Part shown: positions 16,356-26,161 of the stretch, piece by piece | Layout: each line of letters opens with the position of its first letter | How positions within the stretch are numbered: position 1 is the first letter of the stretch | Source of the DNA: an uncultured Muribaculaceae bacterium | Lineage (GTDB): Bacteria; Bacillota_I; Bacilli_A; RF39; UBA660 | NCBI GenBank assembly: GCA_964600615.1 | Contig: CAZRJK010000008.1 | Coordinates: 32 to 64,031, forward strand | Direction of reading: 5' to 3' | DNA: 64,000 nucleotides | Notes under the pieces: model-generated | What the model saw: only the letters and a program-made list of their open reading frames with translations | Told to the model about the DNA's origin: nothing | The model's database searches: none | Translations under genes and position numbers: made by a program

Positions 16356-16916
16356 ATGGAATATATTAATAGGAATCCTTTAATTGTTTGTATTTGTGGT
16401 AAGGCTAGAAGTGGTAAGAATACTGTTTCTAATTATTTTGGTGATTTATTTATTAAAGATAATAAAAAAGTTATTGTTTCACCATATACTAAATATTTAA
16501 AAAAGTATATAGAAGATATTTTGGGAGAATCTATTACGGAAGAAAATAAGCCTCGTGATTTATTACAAAATTTAAGTAAAGATGTTATTAAGGGAATACT
16601 TAATGATGAAGATTTCTTTATAAGAAGACAAATAGAAGATATTAATTTTTATTCTTATTTTTGTGATGTTATCATTATTAATGATGTTAGATTTCCTAAA
16701 GAAATAGAAGTTTTGAGAGATAAATATGATAATGTTATTTCTATTGGTATAGAAAGAAATAATTTTGCTAGTGATTTAACAGAAGAAGAGAAAAATGATA
16801 TTACAGAGGTTTCTTTAGATAATTATACTGAATATGATTATGTTATAGAAAATAGTGATTTTGATAATTTGTATGATGCTGTTTTAGAGATATTTGAGGA
16901 TATTAGTAAGGAGTGA
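16356..16916 (+). CDS. P-loop kinase-like protein (dNMP-kinase-like)
   Basis: Walker A CGKARSGKNT; size and layout resemble small nucleotide/deoxynucleotide monophosphate kinases. It overlaps the cmk reading frame by 4 nt. Confidence 0.5.
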   Translation: MEYINRNPLIVCICGKARSGKNTVSNYFGDLFIKDNKKVIVSPYTKYLKKYIEDILGESITEENKPRDLLQNLSKDVIKGILNDEDFFIRRQIEDINFYSYFCDVIIINDVRFPKEIEVLRDKYDNVISIGIERNNFASDLTEEEKNDITEVSLDNYTEYDYVIENSDFDNLYDAVLEIFEDISKE

Positions 16917-16921
16917 TATTT

Positions 16922-17575
16922 ATGGGAATAGTTATTGCAATAGATGGCCCTGCTGGTGCTGGTAAGGGAACGTTAGCCAAGGAAGTTGCTAAGAGATTTA
17001 ATTTTGTTAATATAGATACGGGAGCTACTTATAGGTGTGTTGCTTTAAAGGTGTTAAGAGAGGGTATTTTACTTTCTGATGAAGATAAGATTATAGATAT
17101 TTCTGCTAATATTAAGATTGATTTAAAAAGTGATGGTACTGTTTTATTAGATGGTGAAGATGTTACTAAAGAGATTAGAAGTAAGGAAGTTACGGATATT
17201 GTTTCTCCTATATCTTCTATTGTTAAAGTTAGAGAAAATATGGTTAATATTCAAAGGGAAATTGCTCGAGGTAAGGACGTAGTTATGGAAGGTAGAGATA
17301 TAACTACTGTAGTATTTCCTGATGCTAAATATAAGTTTTATTTAGATGCTTCAGTTGAGGAGCGAGCGCGTAGGAGATTTCTTGAGAATCAAGAAAAGGG
17401 AATTGATACTACTTATGAAGAAGTATTAGATAATATTAAAAAACGTGATTATAATGATATGCATAAAGAAGTTGGTTCTTTGATGAGAACTGATGATCAG
17501 ATATATATTGATTGTACTAATTTAAGTATAGACGAGGAAATTAGTATTATTGAAAAAGAAATAAATAGAAGATGA
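16922..17575 (+). CDS. cmk: Cytidylate kinase
   Basis: IAIDGPAGAGKGT P-loop and DTGATYR motif. ATG 16922 lies 8 nt after SD aaggag (the track starts at GTG 16913). Confidence 0.93.
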   Translation: MGIVIAIDGPAGAGKGTLAKEVAKRFNFVNIDTGATYRCVALKVLREGILLSDEDKIIDISANIKIDLKSDGTVLLDGEDVTKEIRSKEVTDIVSPISSIVKVRENMVNIQREIARGKDVVMEGRDITTVVFPDAKYKFYLDASVEERARRRFLENQEKGIDTTYEEVLDNIKKRDYNDMHKEVGSLMRTDDQIYIDCTNLSIDEEISIIEKEINRR

Positions 17576-17585
17576 TGGTGATAGT

Positions 17586-20282
17586 ATGAAAAAAATGACA
17601 GGTGAAGAGATAATAAATACATATATAGATTTTTTTGTAGAAAGAGGTCATTTAAAGGTAGAAAGTGCTTCTTTGATTCCACAAGATGATCCTAGTGTTT
17701 TATGGATAAATGCTGGAGTTACTCCTTTAAAGAAATATTTTGATGGTAGTGAAGTACCTAAATGTAGAAGGCTTACTAGTTGTCAGAAATGTATTAGAAC
17801 TGGGGATATTGAGAGTGTTGGTATTACAGCTAGGCATCATACTTTCTTTCAGATGTTAGGTAATTTTTCTATTGGTGATTATTTTAAGACTGAAGCTTTA
17901 ACTTGGGCTTATGAATTACTTACTTCAGAAAAGTATTTTGGTATACCTAAGGATAAATTATATGTTACTGTATATACTACTGATGATGAAGCTTATAATT
18001 TATGGCTTAAGTTAGGTGTTGATAAGAGTCATATTGTTAGATTAGAGGGTAATTACTGGGAAATTGGTGAAGGACCAAGTGGACCTGATAGTGAGATATT
18101 TTTTGATAGGGGAGAAAAATACGATAAAGAGAAACAGGGAATTAAATTATTAGAGCAAGAAATAGAAAATGATAGATATATTGAAATATGGAATAATGTT
18201 TTTAGTCAATATAATGCTAAAGATGGTGTTGATAGAAAAGATTATGAAGAGTTACCTAGTAAGAATATAGATACTGGTATGGGTGTAGAGAGAATGGCTT
18301 GTATTATGCAAGGGACAGAAACTAATTATGAGACTGATTTGTTTATGCCTATTATTGAAGAGTTATCTAATATTTGTAATTTAGGTTATGTTGGTCAAAA
18401 AGAGTTTAAGGTTATTGTTGATCATGTTAGGAGTTTAACTTTTGCTTTAGCAGATGGAGCTACTTTTGAGAATTATGGTAGAGGTTATGTTCTTAGAAGA
18501 TTACTTAGAAGATCTGTTATGATGGGAAGAAAATTAGGTATTAATCATCCTTTTATGTCAGATTTAGTTGATGTAGTTATTTCTAAGTATGGTAGTATTT
18601 ATCCTAATATTGTTACTAATAAAGAATTAGTTAAGGAATTAATTTTAAAAGAAGAAGAATTATTTGAAAAGACTTTAATTTCTGGTGAAAAGCGATTAGA
18701 GGAAATATTTAATAGTAATATTAAAATTATAAGTGGAGAAGAAGCTTTTAAGTTATATGATACTTATGGTTTTCCTGTAGAACTTACGATGGAATATGCT
18801 AGTGAGAGAGGTATAGATGTAGATAGAGATGGTTTTGATAAGTATATGTCTATGCAAAAGGAGATGGCTAGAAATAATCGTAAGAATGTAAATAGTATGA
18901 ATTTACAGAATGAATTACTTATTAATTATAAGGAAGAGAGTAATTTTGTTGGTTATGATACTTTGGGTAATAAGACTATAGTTATGGATATTATTCATGA
19001 TGATAAGTTTGTTGATAGTATAAATGATGAAGGTTATATATTTATTAAAGATAATCCTTTCTATGCAGAATCTGGTGGACAAATATATGATACGGGTTAT
19101 ATTAAAAATGATGAATGCAAGTTAGAAGTAATTGATGTAATTAAAGCTCCTAATGGTCAACATTTATTGCATGTTAAGGTTTTATCAGGAGTTTTAAAGA
19201 AAAATAGTGAAATTTTAACTCATGTTTTGGAAGATAGGAGAAATTCTATAGCACGTAATCATAGTTCTACTCATTTATTGCAAAAGACTTTACAAGATTT
19301 GTTAGGTGATAAAGTACATCAAGCTGGTAGTAGGGTTGATGATAAGAGTTTTAGATTTGATTTTACTTATCATGGTAGACTTAACGATGAGGTTATTACT
19401 AAGTTAGAAGAGGATGTTAATAAGAGAGTAGAGGCTTCTTATGATACTAAGATAGAGTTTTTATCTTTGGATGAAGCTAAAAAAAGAGGTGCTATGGCAT
19501 TATTCTCTGAAAAATATGGTGATGTTGTAAGAATGGTTACGATGGGGGACTCTGTTGAATTATGTGCTGGTACGCATGTAAAAAATACTAAGGATATTGA
19601 TAAAATTGCTATTATAGCTTTGGAGAATAAGGGTGCTGATACTTATAGAATTGAAGGAGCTACTAAAAATAATATTAATCATATGTTACATGATGCTGTT
19701 AGTCCTTATGTTTTAGAAATGAAGAAATTATTGGAGAAAGCTCGTAATATTGTTGATGAAGCTATTAATTGTGATATAAAGCTTAAATTTGACTTTAAAT
19801 TTGATTTTGATGGGGTACTAGATAGTTATAATGATGTTATATCTTATAAGCATGATTTAGCTTTGTTAAAAGATAAGTTGAAAATGTTAGAGAAAGAATA
19901 TAAAGAAGAGAAAACTAAAAAATCTCTTAGTGATTTAACTGCTTTTACGGCTAATATGGAAGTTATTAATGGTATTAAGAGTTGTGTGGTAATTCTTAAT
20001 GACTATGAAATTGATATTATGAAGCAAATAGCTGATGTTATATGTAATAAATATGAAAATTGTTTTGTAATGTTAGCTAATGTTACAGATAATAATGTTA
20101 ATGTTATTGCTAAGAGTAATTGTGATAAGATTAATTGTGGGGCTATTGTAAAAGAATTCTCTATTGCTTGTAGTGGTAATGGTGGTGGTAGTAAGACTTT
20201 TGCTCAAGGTGGTGGAAGTGATGCTACAAATATTTCTAAATATTTAGATGAGGTAAAGGTTAAAATAGCGGATATTAATTAA
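17586..20282 (+). CDS. alaS: Alanine--tRNA ligase
   Basis: FFQMLGNFSIGDYFK class II motif, editing-domain HSSTHLL...CAGTH, and a C-terminal DHHA1-like GGGS region; 898 aa. Confidence 0.96.
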   Translation: MKKMTGEEIINTYIDFFVERGHLKVESASLIPQDDPSVLWINAGVTPLKKYFDGSEVPKCRRLTSCQKCIRTGDIESVGITARHHTFFQMLGNFSIGDYFKTEALTWAYELLTSEKYFGIPKDKLYVTVYTTDDEAYNLWLKLGVDKSHIVRLEGNYWEIGEGPSGPDSEIFFDRGEKYDKEKQGIKLLEQEIENDRYIEIWNNVFSQYNAKDGVDRKDYEELPSKNIDTGMGVERMACIMQGTETNYETDLFMPIIEELSNICNLGYVGQKEFKVIVDHVRSLTFALADGATFENYGRGYVLRRLLRRSVMMGRKLGINHPFMSDLVDVVISKYGSIYPNIVTNKELVKELILKEEELFEKTLISGEKRLEEIFNSNIKIISGEEAFKLYDTYGFPVELTMEYASERGIDVDRDGFDKYMSMQKEMARNNRKNVNSMNLQNELLINYKEESNFVGYDTLGNKTIVMDIIHDDKFVDSINDEGYIFIKDNPFYAESGGQIYDTGYIKNDECKLEVIDVIKAPNGQHLLHVKVLSGVLKKNSEILTHVLEDRRNSIARNHSSTHLLQKTLQDLLGDKVHQAGSRVDDKSFRFDFTYHGRLNDEVITKLEEDVNKRVEASYDTKIEFLSLDEAKKRGAMALFSEKYGDVVRMVTMGDSVELCAGTHVKNTKDIDKIAIIALENKGADTYRIEGATKNNINHMLHDAVSPYVLEMKKLLEKARNIVDEAINCDIKLKFDFKFDFDGVLDSYNDVISYKHDLALLKDKLKMLEKEYKEEKTKKSLSDLTAFTANMEVINGIKSCVVILNDYEIDIMKQIADVICNKYENCFVMLANVTDNNVNVIAKSNCDKINCGAIVKEFSIACSGNGGGSKTFAQGGGSDATNISKYLDEVKVKIADIN

Positions 20283-20292
20283 GGATGTTATT

Positions 20293-20760
20293 ATGAAAAG
20301 AATTTATATTGTATTAATAATTATTGTTTTGTTATTTACAGGTTGTAATAATGAAAAGGAAGAAGTTAAGAGTGAATACTTAACTATGAAAAGTAAATTA
20401 TTAAAAGTAAAAGAGTTTAATTCAAATGAGGATATTAATTTTGATATTTTAGTTAGTGTTGATAGGGTTGATGAAGAAAATGTTTCTTACAAGATGGTTT
20501 TAAGTAATCCTATGGAGAATATGCATGATATAAAGGCTATTTTAATTCATAATTATTATACGGAAGATGTTTTTCCTAGTATTGGCCTTTTTGATAAGGT
20601 TAAGAGTATGCATATAAATAGTAATGATAGTATTGATTTAGAAGGGGTTATTAAAACTGATAAGAGTATTGATAATTTAGGTTTGATACTTAAGTTGTAT
20701 GTTAAATATTTAGATGATTATGGTAATGAAAAGAGTATTTATTATAAAACGACAAAATAA
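20293..20760 (+). CDS. Hypothetical lipoprotein
   Basis: Lipobox LLFTGC after a K/R-containing N-terminus. Confidence 0.7.
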   Translation: MKRIYIVLIIIVLLFTGCNNEKEEVKSEYLTMKSKLLKVKEFNSNEDINFDILVSVDRVDEENVSYKMVLSNPMENMHDIKAILIHNYYTEDVFPSIGLFDKVKSMHINSNDSIDLEGVIKTDKSIDNLGLILKLYVKYLDDYGNEKSIYYKTTK

Positions 20761-20796
20761 ATACTCTTTTTTAATTATTATAATTATGGTGATATA

Positions 20797-20973
20797 ATGA
20801 AAGTTAAAATTTTTGATGAGTCTCATGAGGCTGATTTGGAGGATGATATTAATAAGTTTATTAAAGAAGAAGATCCGGAAATTATAGATATTAAATTTTG
20901 TGTTTCTAATAGTGTTTATTCTGAAGAGCAATTATATTGCTTTAGTTCAATGATTATTTATAATGATAATTAA
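20797..20973 (+). CDS. cse60: Sporulation protein Cse60-like (58 aa), not in the ORF track
   Basis: MKVKIFDESHEADLEDDINKFIKEE resembles the Cse60/YteV N-terminus (VK.FDEEHEKDLE..VN.FL). Translated by hand with no internal stops. Confidence 0.6.
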   Translation: MKVKIFDESHEADLEDDINKFIKEEDPEIIDIKFCVSNSVYSEEQLYCFSSMIIYNDN

Positions 20974-20974
20974 A

Positions 20975-20992
20975 AGACCACTTTAGTGGTCT
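20975..20992. terminator. Bidirectional hairpin shared by cse60 and the convergent DUF378 gene
   Basis: agaccac-ttta-gtggtct. Confidence 0.6.
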
Positions 20993-21180
20993 AAGTCTTT
21001 TGTTAAGATACCTAATTGTATTATTCCTGAGATGGCAACTATTATATATACTAGTCTTGTTATAATAGTGGAGTTTCCAAATAAGAATTCTACTAGATTA
21101 AAATTTAATAATCCTACTAATCCCCAATTTATACAGCCTATAGTTGCTACTACTAGGCATGTTTTATATAGCATATTCAT
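20983..21180 (-). CDS. DUF378-family small membrane protein
   Basis: IGCINWGLVGLLNFNLVEFLFG motif. The start is placed at the ATG 6 nt after SD aaggagga (the track's TTG start at 21216 is less likely). Confidence 0.75.
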   Translation of the reverse strand: MNMLYKTCLVVATIGCINWGLVGLLNFNLVEFLFGNSTIITRLVYIIVAISGIIQLGILTKDLDH

Positions 21181-21278
21181 TAATATTCCTCCTTTATCTA
21201 GTAATACTTTATCCAAAAATAGATAAATTATTCATATTATATAAATATTTATATATAATTTATTGAAGGAGATGTGAA

Positions 21279-22334
21279 ATGAAAAAAATTTTAAAACTTT
21301 ATTTGGGATTATTTGTTTTTTCTTTAATTTTATCTGGTTGTGGTGGTGATAGTTCTAAAGATATTATTACAAAAATGGATAATAAGATTAAGAATGCTAA
21401 TAGTTATTTTGTTACTGGTACTATGGAAATTATTAATAATGAAGATACTTATACTTATGATGTTTCTGTTTCTTATAAAAAAGATAGTTATTATAAGGTA
21501 GATTTAATAAATACTTTAAATAATCATGAACAGGTTATTTTGAGAAATGATGAAGGTGTTTATGTGGTTACTCCTTCTTTAAATAAGAGTTTTAAATTTC
21601 AAAGTGATTGGCCTTATAACAATTCACAAATTTATTTATTAGATTCTATTATTGAAGATTTAAAGTCTGATAAAAAAATGGAATTTAAAAGTGATAATAA
21701 AAAATATATTCTTTCTTCTTTGGTTAATTATCCAAATAATAAATCTTTATATAAGCAAAATGTTTATGTAGATAAGAATAATAATATTACTAATGTAGAA
21801 ATAGTTGATAAGAATAATAAAGTTCAAATATCTATGAAATTTAATAAAGTAAAGTATAATAAAAAATTTAATGATGATTATTTTAATTTATCTAGTTTAA
21901 TTAAAGTTAATAATAAGGTTAATGATAATAATTCTGAAAGTAGTGATAATAATACTGATGGTAATGAAGATAAAAAGACTAAGGAAACTACTAAAATAGA
22001 TGATGTAATATATCCTATGTATTTACCTGATAATACAACTTTAGCTAATAAAGAAGTTATTGATACTGAGGATGGCCAGAGATTAATACTTACTTTTGAT
22101 GGTGATAATCCATTTGTTTTGGTTGAAGAGACTTCTAAATATTATGATGAAGGATTGGTAGTTCCTGTTAGTGGAGATTTAGATTTTACTAATGATGTTA
22201 TAGGTGTTGTTAGTGATAATTCTCTTACTTGGGAGAGTAATGGTATAGAGTATTATTTGGTTAGTAAAACAATGGAGACTTCTGAACTTATGAATATAGC
22301 TAGATCTATTAATATTTTACCTGTTAGTAAATAA
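21279..22334 (+). CDS. Lipoprotein, possibly LolA-fold (YdcC-like)
   Basis: Lipobox LILSGC. The function assignment is only by overall resemblance. Confidence 0.55.
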   Translation: MKKILKLYLGLFVFSLILSGCGGDSSKDIITKMDNKIKNANSYFVTGTMEIINNEDTYTYDVSVSYKKDSYYKVDLINTLNNHEQVILRNDEGVYVVTPSLNKSFKFQSDWPYNNSQIYLLDSIIEDLKSDKKMEFKSDNKKYILSSLVNYPNNKSLYKQNVYVDKNNNITNVEIVDKNNKVQISMKFNKVKYNKKFNDDYFNLSSLIKVNNKVNDNNSESSDNNTDGNEDKKTKETTKIDDVIYPMYLPDNTTLANKEVIDTEDGQRLILTFDGDNPFVLVEETSKYYDEGLVVPVSGDLDFTNDVIGVVSDNSLTWESNGIEYYLVSKTMETSELMNIARSINILPVSK

Positions 22335-22360
22335 AGATAACTTATGTTATCTTTTTTCTT
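22334..22360 (+). terminator. Rho-independent terminator
   Basis: aagataac-ttat-gttatctt followed by a T run. Confidence 0.7.
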
Positions 22361-22412
22361 GTTTTTTTATTTTTTTAGTGTTATACTATTTGTAGTATAG
22401 GAGGAGAGTAAT

Positions 22413-22838
22413 ATGGGGAATAGTGTTAAAGAAAAATTACATTTGCCTACAATGATTTTTTGTATTATTGGTTGTGTATTATTAGTTTTGGGAATTTTAT
22501 TATGTATTAATGGTAAATTTAAGATGCAGATAATTGGTAGTGAGGCGGTAGTATCTGGTGTACAAACTGCTACTGATAGTGATGGTGTTGTTATTTCTAC
22601 TACATATACTTTGACTTATAATGCTAATAAAAGTGATTATAATGCTTCTATTGTTTCGAATGATTCTGATTTAGAATTGGGCGATAAAATGATTTTATAT
22701 TATGATTTTTTTGATCCTACTAGTGTTAGTCAAAAGAGGGGTGGCTATTATGGATATATTGCTTTATTATTGGGCCTTATATTGGTTTTAAAGACTGGTC
22801 CTAGATTTATTAGGATTATAAGAGATAATTATCTATGA
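22413..22838 (+). CDS. Hypothetical membrane protein (two TM helices flanking a beta-rich domain, DUF3592-like layout)
   Basis: TM at both ends; SD ggaggag upstream. Confidence 0.6.
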   Translation: MGNSVKEKLHLPTMIFCIIGCVLLVLGILLCINGKFKMQIIGSEAVVSGVQTATDSDGVVISTTYTLTYNANKSDYNASIVSNDSDLELGDKMILYYDFFDPTSVSQKRGGYYGYIALLLGLILVLKTGPRFIRIIRDNYL

Positions 22839-22900
22839 GCTTTTAGCTCTTTTATTTTGGTTTATTATTTAGTATAATATTTTTGTTTTGAGGTGATAAA

Positions 22901-24124
22901 ATGATTAATGATATTTTTAAGGAAGCTTCTAATAAAGTTAGTGATGTTTTTAAATCTATTGAAGAAATTGAGAGATTGAATAGTATTAAGGTTTTAAATG
23001 CTTTTAGGGAATGTAATGTTACTGAAGATTGTTTTAATATGACTACAGGATATGGATATAATGATATTGGTAGAGATACTATTGAAAGGGTATATGCTAA
23101 GATATTTAAGTGTGATGATGCTTTAGTTAGGTGTCAATTTATATCTGGTACGCATGCTATATCTACTTGTTTATGGGCTTGTTTAAGACCTAGAGATATA
23201 ATGTTATCTATTACTGGTAAACCTTATGATACTTTAGATGAAGTTATTGGTATTGTTCCTAATGATAGTTCTTTAATTTCTTTTGGGATTAAGTATATGC
23301 AAGTTGATTTAATTAATGATAAATTTGATTATGATGGTATTAAGGATATTATTACTAATAATAAGATTAAATTAATTGAAATTCAGAGAAGTAAGGGATA
23401 TTCTACTAGAAAAAGTATTGATATTGATGAATTAGAAAAAGTTATTAAATTTATTAAAGGTATTGATAAAGATATAATAATTATGATTGATAATTGTTAT
23501 TGTGAATTTGTTTGTGATAAGGAACCTAATGAAGTAGGTGCTGATATTGTTGTTGGTTCTTTGATTAAAAATTTAGGTGGCGGTCTTGCACCTAATGGGG
23601 GATATATTGTTGGTAAGAGTGATTTAATTGAATTGTGTGCTTCTCGTATTAATGTTGCTGGGGAAGGCAGAGCTGTTGGGCCATCTTTAGGTATTAATAA
23701 GGCTATTTTACAAGGTTTGTTTATGGCTCCTAGTGTAGTGGCTAGTTCTTTAAAAGTGGCTGTTATTACTAGTTATGTGTTAGAGAAGATTGGTTATGAA
23801 GTTGAACCTAGATATGATGATAAGAGGGCTGATATTGTTCAAAATATTATATTTAATGATAAAGATAAGTTAATTAAATATTGTCAGGCTATTCAAGAAT
23901 ATAGTCCTATTGATTCTAATGTTAAGCCTATTCCTTGGGATATGCCTGGATATTCTGATCAGGTTATTATGGCGGCTGGTACTTTTGTACAGGGATCTTC
24001 TATAGAGTTATCTTGTGATGGTCCTTTAAGGAAACCTTATATTGCATATCAACAGGGATCTCTTACTTATAATTATGGTTTAATTGCTGTTATGCATGCG
24101 GTTGAAGAATTGTTGGATAAATAG
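22901..24124 (+). CDS. Methionine gamma-lyase family PLP protein (YnbB / aluminium-resistance family)
   Basis: The overall pattern is typical of the YnbB family (TGYGYNDIGRD, SGTHAI, IQRSKGY). Confidence 0.7.
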   Translation: MINDIFKEASNKVSDVFKSIEEIERLNSIKVLNAFRECNVTEDCFNMTTGYGYNDIGRDTIERVYAKIFKCDDALVRCQFISGTHAISTCLWACLRPRDIMLSITGKPYDTLDEVIGIVPNDSSLISFGIKYMQVDLINDKFDYDGIKDIITNNKIKLIEIQRSKGYSTRKSIDIDELEKVIKFIKGIDKDIIIMIDNCYCEFVCDKEPNEVGADIVVGSLIKNLGGGLAPNGGYIVGKSDLIELCASRINVAGEGRAVGPSLGINKAILQGLFMAPSVVASSLKVAVITSYVLEKIGYEVEPRYDDKRADIVQNIIFNDKDKLIKYCQAIQEYSPIDSNVKPIPWDMPGYSDQVIMAAGTFVQGSSIELSCDGPLRKPYIAYQQGSLTYNYGLIAVMHAVEELLDK

Positions 24125-24194
24125 TTTTTTGTATTGCAATTAATTAATTTATATTATAAAATATATTTATAATAGTTATTAAGGTGGTGGTGAG

Positions 24195-25334
24195 GTGAAT
24201 TTGTTTTTTTTGAATTTACTATCTGATGCGTGTAATGATGTTGGTGTTTTAAGAGTAATTTTATTTTTAAAGACGTTGTTACAGTATGTTTTTACTCTTG
24301 TTCCTGTTGCTGCAGTATTATGGTTGACTATTGATATGACTAAAAATGTTTTTTCGCAGGATGCGGATACACAAAGAAAAAATCTTGGAATGTTTGTAAG
24401 AAGATGTATTTATTTAATTATTGTTTTTTTAATTCCTACTATTGTTAATTTGACTTTATCTTTATTTGCTGAAGATATTGATACTAGTGAATATTCTAAA
24501 TGTATGAATGTTACTTCTGAGAGTATAAAAGTTTTATTAAAAAAGAATAAAGATGAGTGCAATCTTGATAATTACGAATGGGATGAAATTAATGGGCATT
24601 GTGTTTTTGTTGGTGAGAGTAGTGTGTTGCCTGAAGATTTTACGGTTATTGATGTAAATCCTAAAGCGGATGTTACTGAAAGTCCTGGTGGTATAAGGAG
24701 ATTAAATAGATCTTTTCCTAATTCTAAGTCTTCAACAATGATGGAATATACTCAAGGTGATGAAAGATGGGCTTATGATGGTTTTTGTGATGATAATGTA
24801 ACTAATATGGCTAGTTCTGGCTGTGGAGCTGCTGCATTTGCAATGATTGTTACAGGTTATGGTAATGATCCTAATGCGACTCCTAAGACAATTAGGGATT
24901 ATGTATGTAATAATGGTTTACATAGAAATTATGGTTTAGGTACAGATCCAATTCATAGTGAAAAACTTGTTGGCCATTTTGGTATGAAGGCAGAAGTATT
25001 ATGGGAAAGAGTTTATTCGAAAAATTATAGTCAGGAAAGAGCAAATCTAATCAAAGAAGCTGTTGATCAAGGTTATGGTGTTATTATAGATATTCCTAAC
25101 CATTGGGTTGCAGTTGATAAAGGTGGTTGTCCTGCTGATAAGGTTTATTACTATAATCCTAATGAAAAGTGGGAGAATGGTTGTGTTACTATGGAGAAGT
25201 TATGGGATATGACTTGGGATAGGAGAGAAAGATGTACTAATCCTAAACCACCACTTTATAATCCTAATAATTTGGAACAATATTGTGGTTGGAAGTATGC
25301 TTATAAATATTGGCCTGCTGATGATACTTATTAA
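24195..25334 (+). CDS. Membrane protein: conserved N-terminal 2-TM module + C39-like (papain-fold) cysteine peptidase domain
   Basis: The N-terminal ~105 aa align with the N-termini of the 35474 and 36657 products. C39_2-like motifs are QGDERW...SSGCGAAAFAMIV (Cys) and NHWVAVD (His). Confidence 0.75.
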   Translation: MNLFFLNLLSDACNDVGVLRVILFLKTLLQYVFTLVPVAAVLWLTIDMTKNVFSQDADTQRKNLGMFVRRCIYLIIVFLIPTIVNLTLSLFAEDIDTSEYSKCMNVTSESIKVLLKKNKDECNLDNYEWDEINGHCVFVGESSVLPEDFTVIDVNPKADVTESPGGIRRLNRSFPNSKSSTMMEYTQGDERWAYDGFCDDNVTNMASSGCGAAAFAMIVTGYGNDPNATPKTIRDYVCNNGLHRNYGLGTDPIHSEKLVGHFGMKAEVLWERVYSKNYSQERANLIKEAVDQGYGVIIDIPNHWVAVDKGGCPADKVYYYNPNEKWENGCVTMEKLWDMTWDRRERCTNPKPPLYNPNNLEQYCGWKYAYKYWPADDTY

Positions 25335-25355
25335 AATATATAATTGGAGGTATTT

Positions 25356-26090
25356 ATGAAAAAAAATATTTTATTATTGGTAATTTTAGCATTTTTTGTG
25401 ACTGGGTGTGGTTCATCTAAAATGGATGAATATGAGGTTGATTATAATTTAAAGATTAATGATGTTTTTTATGAGAGTATTACTGTAGCTTTACCTAAGG
25501 ATGCTTATGATATTGCTGGTAAGGATTCTAAGAAAAACGAGAATTATAATTCTTTGGAATATTCTTTATTAAAATCAGATATTAATCCTATTTTTTCTAA
25601 TTATGATGAATTATATAGAAAAGAAATAAATAAGTATAATAATATGGTAGAGGTTAATTTAAAATATAATTATCCTGAAAAATATTATGTTTATAATAAT
25701 TTTATTACATCTTGTTTTTCTAATTATGATTTAATAAGTAGTGATGATAATTTTGAGATAAAATTAAGTGGAGCCTTTATATGTGGTAACAAGATAGAAA
25801 AATTGAATATAAGTGTAACTAGTAATTATGATGTTTTAGAATCAAATGGTAAAAAAGATGGTAAAACTTATACTTGGTCTATTGGTAAAAAGGATTTTGA
25901 AAAGATTGATATTGATTATAAGATTTCTAGAAAATATAGTAAGATGGCTAAGGAAGCAGTTAATGGTAAAGGAAATGATAAACGTGCTACTACTATTAGG
26001 AATTTAAGAATTGTGACTTTTGTTATTATGATTATTGTTATTATTGCTTTTTCAGTTAGGTTTTATTTTATGAAAAAAGATTTAGAATAA
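25356..26090 (+). CDS. Lipoprotein with an additional C-terminal TM anchor
   Basis: MKKNILLLVILAFFVTGC lipobox; C-terminal hydrophobic helix VTFVIMIIVIIAFSV. ATG 25356 follows SD ggagg. Confidence 0.75.
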   Translation: MKKNILLLVILAFFVTGCGSSKMDEYEVDYNLKINDVFYESITVALPKDAYDIAGKDSKKNENYNSLEYSLLKSDINPIFSNYDELYRKEINKYNNMVEVNLKYNYPEKYYVYNNFITSCFSNYDLISSDDNFEIKLSGAFICGNKIEKLNISVTSNYDVLESNGKKDGKTYTWSIGKKDFEKIDIDYKISRKYSKMAKEAVNGKGNDKRATTIRNLRIVTFVIMIIVIIAFSVRFYFMKKDLE

Positions 26091-26112
26091 GTTTATGCTT
26101 ATTCTTTTTTCT
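26084..26112 (+). terminator. Rho-independent terminator
   Basis: agaataag / cttattct 8-bp stem followed by a T run. Confidence 0.7.
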
Positions 26113-26161
26113 TGATAATAAATATATAATGCTATATAATATTAATGGAAAAGGTGATATT

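Noticed and set aside
21032-21226. Plus-strand ORFs overlapping real minus-strand genes (21032-21226, 32396-32623, 45472-45684, 45698-45892) and alternative-frame ORFs (36042-36227, 49783-50046)
   Set aside because: - They are shadow frames of the DUF378 gene, the sigma factor gene, the 45477 gene, paralog A and the 798-aa hydrolase gene.
- They have no independent signals.
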